Shown piece by piece: positions 61,655-64,000 of a stretch of DNA of 64,000 nt (position 1 is its first letter; the number at the start of each line of letters is the position of its first letter). Source of the DNA: Massalongia carnosa. Taxonomy: Eukaryota. Where the stretch lies: positions 1,426,001 through 1,490,000 of the forward strand of contig OZ287080.1 of assembly GCA_965645245.1 (NCBI GenBank), given 5' to 3'. The position numbers were made by a program, and so were the translations under genes. The notes beneath the pieces are model-generated. The model saw only the letters and a program-made list of their open reading frames with translations. It did no database searches and was not told the DNA's origin.

Positions 61655-62280
61655 TCAAAGCGTTCTGGAGAGAAGAGTTAAGCTGCTTTTAAGATCTATC
61701 CGTTCATCAGCACAGTATGTTCCCCAGCCCTGGTGCTCCCAGCCTGCCCTTGAATGGGCTTCCCCCGCACCTTCAGAAACCGCCCTACCAGCGTAGTTAT
61801 TCTCTGCTCTGCTAATCCGAACATGGCTCATCATGCCTGCTAACCTAGGATCCTCGGAGGAATCGTTCTGAACTCGCCATTCCTTAATGACACTGATTCC
61901 GGGCTTTCGCATCCCCTTGCCGTTCCTTTCGGTACTATGATGGCTGTTGGAGCTGGGGGGCAGGCCATTGTGGTCGGTTTCTGGAAGCTCGTAGGATGTA
62001 TCAGAGGCCCGCATGAAGGTGGATAGCTTTCTGCTGTACTTGCCCACGTAGGACTAGAAGGGCGCTTTAACGTGTTGATAGAAAACTGTCCTTGTCGCCA
62101 TGCAGGGAACAACCAGGCCGGCGGATATCTCAACCATGCTTATTCGGGTATTAGCGGACCACGGGCAACCAAGGATGTCGGGAACCCACATGACTATCCA
62201 GAGAGGTACGACGCTCCAGATATTATCCACATTATTGTTGATAGATAAAACCTAGTATGCTACTCATACAACCCCCAGAG
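61655..62280 (-). pseudogene. 3' half of a PTH11-like (fungal rhodopsin-domain) receptor gene, decayed
   Basis: GCMSSILGFIY(fs)NNNVDNIWSVVPLWIV|intron|MVEISAGLVVPCMATRTVFYQHVKAPF*SYVGKYSRK...GISVIKEWRV fits the TM6-TM7 pattern (A-C-x-x-S-I, E-x-x-x-G-x-x-x-x-C-M/L-P) plus a cytoplasmic tail. One frameshift and one premature TAG. Confidence 0.6.
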
Positions 62281-62343
62281 CAAGGTTAGCGGACATTTCA
62301 GCACATTGGACTTCATAACCCCTACACAAACCCAGTAAGGAAA

Positions 62344-63438
62344 ATGGCTGAGACTTCCAAGCTGGTTTTCTGGGGACGGTTCCTCGCTCTGCGATATTGG
62401 TCTTTGTCAAAGATTCTAGGTCCTAAGTGGGCAGCCTGTACAAGATTTTGGCTTGTAAAGACCCTCGCATCAGGGTATACTGCAGAAAGGTTTGTTGACC
62501 TACACAAGCAATTTGATAAGTTTCGTCGGTTGATTATCGACCTAGCTTATCTTTTTTGTAGGCTCATTGGTTCGCATCGGGCTAAACTACCATTTAACCA
62601 ATGATCCTGACCTAGCCCATAGGATCCTGGCCACCGGATCCCGATATACAAGAGCACCGTGGTTTGAAGCCCTTAAAATCGATCCTCAGGCTCCAAATAT
62701 AGTCTCCGAAAGGGACCCAAAGAAGCACAATAGCTTACGGCATACTTTATCTACTGGGGTTAGAGGCCTGCATCAATGGAGTCTGAAGTACCCTACTAAC
62801 CTATTTCACAGTACGGCAGCAAGGCTCTCCAAGGTATAGAGCATGTCATCGACGAGCGTTTGTTAGACTGGTTGGCGCGAATAGACGAGGTGTGGGTATC
62901 GCAACCCAAAATCTCGAAGGTATTCGACATAGGGAGAAGGATACAGTTTCTTACAGTAGATATCATCACCCAGCTATGCCTTGGAGAAGCTTTCAGATGC
63001 GTCGAAAGCGATAGTAATCAGCATAACTTTCTGGAGACGATTTGAACCGGAATGGCACTTAGCCTCCAGTTGTCAGTCTTGCACGAATTCACAGATATAT
63101 TATTCAATCTGACCAAGATCTCATTCATGCACCGCCTGTTAGTGCCCACAGCAAAGGATAAGACAAGTGTTGGCAAAATCATGGCGGTATGTTCTCCAAA
63201 CATGACAACTATGCGCCTGACCGCTCATACGAGTGTCATTAGATCGTTCATTGAGCCGTGGATCAGCGGTTTGAACTAGACGCTGTTCCGAGAAAAAACA
63301 TGCTAGACTCTTTCCTTGAGCGGGGCGTTGCAAGAAACCAGGCAGATGCGGAACTTATTATCTCCCTATAAGCTATTACCCTCAACTTTAGAGGCCTAGC
63401 GATTCGATTCGACTCATGCTCATGAATATGCAGCATTA
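62344..63438 (+). pseudogene. Cytochrome P450 pseudogene (pisatin-demethylase-like N-terminal two-thirds), interrupted by a transposon
   Basis: SLSKILGPKWAACTRFWLVK...LHKQFG|SLVRIGLNY..TNDPD...SERDPKKHNSLR...FLTVDIITQLCLGEAF...NMLDSFLERG..ADAELII. Premature stops, two intron donors mutated to ATAAG (~62516, ~63368), and the conserved IPGP and IGPN read ILGP and IGLN. Confidence 0.85.
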
Positions 63439-64000
63439 CAGTCAGATCGGGTTATAAGAAACTGCTGATTAAGAAACCTCGGCTAGTAAGAAACTCGGAC
63501 GAAAAGACCGGTTTTTTTCTGGTGAGGAATAAGAAACCTCGCTCTATTAGAAAGTTTCTTAACTTTCTCTAAAAATTTTGCGGTGATTTCTTATAGTAAA
63601 TATGACTTCTCCTTCGACTTCTTTGAGATATAATAGTCAAAATCCGGAGACTTCATCTCGAAATCCTCGAAAACGTCCTACATCCCGGCTTTCTCTCAGA
63701 GAGAGAAGCAGAAAAAAGCGTGACGCCTTTACCGACGACCAACGACGAGCATTACGACATCGTTACCAAGATCCTGCTGTATCTGGAGATGACAAGAAAT
63801 ACGAAAAACTGGCCGTTTGGTTTGACAATCTTTATCGTCATAAAATTGACAAAGGACAAGTTTCCAAAATCCTCTCACATAAATGGGCTCAGCTGGATAC
63901 ATCTCACGCATTGCTACGCCCGAATCCGAAGAAAACTCGAACTGCACATTGGCCTGAATAAGAAACGACCTTATTTGAGTGGCAACAGCGCATGCAACGC
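63439..64000 (+). mobile_element. 5' end of a pogo/Tigger-like (CENP-B/Abp1-type HTH) DNA transposon, running off the window
   Basis: TA|CAGTCAGATCGGGTTATAAGAAAC start with four TAAGAAAC subterminal repeats. ORF 63602-63961 reads RKKRDAFTDDQRRALRH...LAVWFDNLYRHKIDKGQVSKILS...RTAHWPE*ETTLFEWQQRMQR (Abp1-N HTH, then Tc5 HTH, with a premature stop). Confidence 0.85.

Noticed and set aside
1..64000. tRNA, rRNA or CRISPR arrays
   Set aside because: No cloverleaf/T-loop context, rRNA motif or regularly spaced repeat-spacer array seen by eye. tRNAscan-SE and Infernal would be needed to exclude small RNAs.

Overview
Nuclear DNA of a filamentous ascomycete (Pezizomycotina: short GT-AG introns with CTRAC branch points). 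A lichen-forming/Lecanoromycete origin is only a guess. About 12 intact intron-containing or single-exon genes: Bni4-like PP1-targeting protein, Arl3/ARFRP1 GTPase, CorA-like-domain protein, long-chain alcohol oxidase, Sur2 sphinganine hydroxylase, TCTP, a ~2,050-aa NACHT-TPR NLR-like protein, a CBM48/AMPK-beta-like protein, a FYVE protein, an orphan 7TM protein, a MoaA-MoaC (cnxABC/MOCS1) locus and a bZIP factor. There is also one probable orphan gene. Five DNA transposons of different ages are present (two Tc1-like, two pogo-like, one Mutator-like), plus relics of a TPR gene, a PTH11-like receptor and a cytochrome P450. Three observations stand out. (1) A Tc1 relic is hypermutated in a CpC->TpC context rather than the canonical CpA context of RIP. 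(2) A splice donor inside the MoaA terminal Gly-Gly-stop would switch between free MoaA and a MoaA-MoaC fusion. (3) Homopolymer/microsatellite islands with GC-rich coding flanks recur where gene 3' ends converge. All calls are by eye from sequence and motif knowledge; no database searches were run.
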